Positions 61,526-64,000 of a DNA stretch of 64,000 nt are shown here, one piece after another. The stretch spans positions 23,285 through 87,284 of the forward strand of contig CALSCP010002643.1 of NCBI GenBank assembly GCA_943704425.1, written 5' to 3'. The stretch is from Ministeria vibrans ATCC 50519 (Eukaryota; Protista; Filasterea). Below the pieces are notes generated by a model that worked only from the letters and a program-made list of their open reading frames with translations, had not been told where the DNA came from and did not search any database. The position numbers and the translations under genes are program-made. Positions within the stretch are counted from its first letter, which is position 1; each line of letters starts with the position of its first letter.

Positions 61526-62872
61526 ATGTCAGCCCTCTGCGACCCTATTTGCTGCCCAGCTCCGACTGTGCCCTCTCCCACGATGACCCCCATCACCACC
61601 AACTCACCCACCGCCACGACGACTTCCCCTAAGACTACCTCTACCCCTTCTACGTCGGTGCCGGTGCTCTCGCTCAACGGCACCCTCTCGCAGCCGCAAC
61701 TTGCGCGTCTCTTCAACAGCAACCACGCTGACAACAACCTCGCCTACTACGTTGTTGACCTCGCTCGCATCGAGCAGCAACACGCGCGTTTCCTCGAGCT
61801 CCTTCCGCGCGTCGAGCCCTTCTACGCCGTCAAGTGCAACCCGGACATTGAGATCCTGCGTGTTCTTGCGCGTCTGGGCACTGGCTTTGACTGTGCCAGT
61901 CAGGCCGAAATCGAGCTGGTCCAGAGCAACTTTGGCATTGACGGCAGTCGCATCATCTTTGCCAACCCGTGCAAGCCGGCGTCGCACGTGCGCCATGCTC
62001 GCGCCCACGATGTTGCCATGATGACCTTTGACAACGAAGACGAACTTGACAAGATCAAGCAGCTCTACCCGGACGCCCAGCTGGTCCTGCGTGTCCTCAC
62101 CGACGACTCCTCCGCCGTGTGCAAGCTCGCCGCCAAGTTTGGTGCGAGCCCCGAACGCGTGCCGATGCTGCTGGCCCATGCACGTGCCCTGGAGCTCAAC
62201 GTCGTCGGCGTGTCCTTCCACGTCGGCTCTGGCTGTCTCGACGCCAATGCCTTTGCCGATGCTGTGGTGGTTGCTCGCCACGCCATGGACGCCGGCCGCG
62301 CGTATGGCTTTGAGATGAACCTGCTTGATGTCGGCGGTGGCTTTCCCGGCACCGACGACGACGTTCACTCGCCCGTCACCTTCCCCCTCATTGCGTCGGT
62401 GCTCTCTGCTGCCCTTGACGAGCACTTCCCCGAAGACGCTTTCCCTGGTCTCCGCATCATTGCCGAACCCGGCCGCTTCTACGTCTCCTCTTCGCACACC
62501 CTCTCCGTCTGCATCATCTCGCGCCGTCGCAACTGGAGTCCCGACGCGCCGCCACCCGCCGCTCCGTCCTCCATCATGTACTACGTGAACGACGGCGTCT
62601 ACGGCTCCATGAACTGCGTTCTCTACGACCACGCCGTTCTCGAGCCTGCGCCTCTCTTTCCCACCACCTCCGACTCCCGCCTCCCGTCGTCTGTGTGGGG
62701 TCCCACCTGTGACGGTCTCGATTGCATCACCAAGACGGCTGTGCTCCCCGAGCTCACCACCGGCGACTGGATGGTTCTCGAGAACATGGGCGCGTACACC
62801 CGTGCTGCGGGGTGCACTTTCAATGGAATGCCCCTGCCTTCCGTCTACTATGTGCGTACCGAGCTGGAGTGA
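61526..62872 (+). CDS. ODC1: Ornithine decarboxylase
   Basis: PFYAVKCN (PLP lysine), GFDCAS, IIFANPCK, KFGA, SFHVGSG, LDVGGGF, EPGR, NDGVYGS, WGPTCDGLD and MGAYT. Confidence 0.97.
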   Translation: MSALCDPICCPAPTVPSPTMTPITTNSPTATTTSPKTTSTPSTSVPVLSLNGTLSQPQLARLFNSNHADNNLAYYVVDLARIEQQHARFLELLPRVEPFYAVKCNPDIEILRVLARLGTGFDCASQAEIELVQSNFGIDGSRIIFANPCKPASHVRHARAHDVAMMTFDNEDELDKIKQLYPDAQLVLRVLTDDSSAVCKLAAKFGASPERVPMLLAHARALELNVVGVSFHVGSGCLDANAFADAVVVARHAMDAGRAYGFEMNLLDVGGGFPGTDDDVHSPVTFPLIASVLSAALDEHFPEDAFPGLRIIAEPGRFYVSSSHTLSVCIISRRRNWSPDAPPPAAPSSIMYYVNDGVYGSMNCVLYDHAVLEPAPLFPTTSDSRLPSSVWGPTCDGLDCITKTAVLPELTTGDWMVLENMGAYTRAAGCTFNGMPLPSVYYVRTELE

Positions 62873-62930
62873 AATTAAAGTGTGAAAATGAAAAACAACT
62901 TGTGCGTTTGTTTTGAGCAATGTATTTGAG

Positions 62931-63812
62931 TTACAGCGTATTTGATTTTACGGCCCATTCGCCAAATTGAAGAGTATTGGATGACGTAGTGAGGCGTGCG
63001 CAGTGGTCTGTGATGGTGAGGGACAGAAGAGAGTCTTGTGTGCGTGCGAGGGGCGCACTCAGTTCAATGTGCAGCTGCTGATGGGAGGAGGTGCCCGTCG
63101 CTCGCCCATACCACAGCGTGTAGTTGTAGAGGTCATCGCGGGTGCCGGCAAGGGCTGAGAGACTCGCTGCTTGCGCGAGAGGAGGATTGCGTGCGTCAAC
63201 AACAAGTACAAACTTGTCGGCACACACAATGAGCTGACCGCGACAGTCGCTGTCGTCACTGAGCACGAGCGTCAGCCAGCGGCCGTCAGGCGCGTCCCCC
63301 ACGCGCTCCCACACCTCCTTGTAGTCGTCGCCCACGACGCCGTACTCAAGCAGAGTGCGCTTGGCTGTGTCGACGAACGAGACCAATCCAACATCGTCGC
63401 AGCCGGTTGGAGGCTGGCAAGGACCAGAGAGAGAGAGGAAGAGAGAGAGGGGCGGGAGCGAATGAGAAAAGGGATGGGGAGAGCGCGGAGAGCGTACCTG
63501 GACGTCAAGGGACCTTCGCCAGGTCAGCGTGTCGGCGTTGGCTTCGCCGTTGGTCGTGAAAAAACACTCACCCGCAAATCCTTTCACTGTCGCTCGCCAC
63601 TCGTCCAGACGGTCCCCACCGCTTTGCTCGGCCTCCGCCTGTCCGCTGGGTAGTCTCAAGTCACAAAAGGCGCCGTCTGTTTGCAGCCAGAAGACGCGAA
63701 CGGCTGATGGGAGAGGGGTCCCAATCGGTTCTTCGACAGCGGTGCGCTCCCAAAGCCCATGGAAGCAGGCAAGTGACTCGGCGCGGACTGGGCCTGCAGG
63801 TCGACAGTCCAT
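62931..63812 (-). CDS. Hypothetical beta-rich protein (HRI1-like / bacterial-like), one probable intron ~63497-63420
   Basis: GLWER..VFWLQT..FCDLRLP..GFAG..LTWRRSLDVQ..DVG..EYG..YKEVWER. Confidence 0.55.
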   Translation of the reverse strand: MDCRPAGPVRAESLACFHGLWERTAVEEPIGTPLPSAVRVFWLQTDGAFCDLRLPSGQAEAEQSGGDRLDEWRATVKGFAGECFFTTNGEANADTLTWRRSLDVQVRSPRSPHPFSHSLPPLSLFLSLSGPCQPPTGCDDVGLVSFVDTAKRTLLEYGVVGDDYKEVWERVGDAPDGRWLTLVLSDDSDCRGQLIVCADKFVLVVDARNPPLAQAASLSALAGTRDDLYNYTLWYGRATGTSSHQQLHIELSAPLARTQDSLLSLTITDHCARLTTSSNTLQFGEWAVKSNTL

Positions 63813-63872
63813 ATTACAAAAAAAGAATAGAATATATGAATGTGTACTAAAGAAGAGTAAAGTGAAAGAGAC

Positions 63873-64000
63873 TTAAGGTCCGAGGCCTCCTGGAACAACA
63901 GCAGGCACAACACCATTGCCGGTGCGGTAGATCAAAATGTCGCCGTCGTTCGTTGCGCCGTCCCAATCACTCCAAATGCGACACACAGACAACGACTGTG
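63873..64000 (-). CDS. 3' end of an unidentified gene
   Basis: Open frame ..CRIWSDWDGATNDGDILIYRTGNGVVPAVVPGGLGP* running in from the window edge. Confidence 0.4.
   Translation of the reverse strand, partial: QSLSVCRIWSDWDGATNDGDILIYRTGNGVVPAVVPGGLGP

Overview
Gene-dense, intron-rich eukaryotic DNA with GT-AG introns, microsatellite-filled introns and short head-to-head intergenic gaps. It probably comes from a flagellated protist of opisthokont type; this is inferred from axonemal genes with RFX X-boxes and an animal/fungal-type ODC uORF. About 22 protein-coding genes can be modelled. They include a GT10 fucosyltransferase, a zinc-finger/winged-helix/inactive-exonuclease protein, an ankyrin protein, a TPR-trypsin fusion, a SMYD methyltransferase, SID-1/SIDT, an F-box protein, mS37/CHCHD1-like, PA2G4, GPANK1, SMPDL3-like, a caspase-like multidomain membrane protein, SF3B5, ABCB, PRMT1, eIF3h, a GRIP golgin, a secreted Gly-rich protein, CFAP251, SPEF2, Grx-DEP-DUF547 and ODC. 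A gene-free island at about 20.4-26.6 kb is packed with mobile-element debris: about 9 copies of one poly(A)-tailed short retroposon with target-site duplications (one copy lies just outside, in an SMPDL3 intron), a LINE-like fragment inside a ~145-bp duplication, and a piggyBac pseudogene between diverged inverted blocks. The most notable observations are: (1) a spliced, non-AUG (ATC) uORF ending ...DFFSEFDWEPS* in the ODC leader, absent from the ORF track, with structured RNA modules in its intron; (2) two protease-bearing multidomain proteins with conflict/immunity-like architectures; (3) the retroposon hotspot; (4) recurrent GC-rich multibranch RNA modules in low-complexity introns. All family calls are by eye from motifs; no searches were run.
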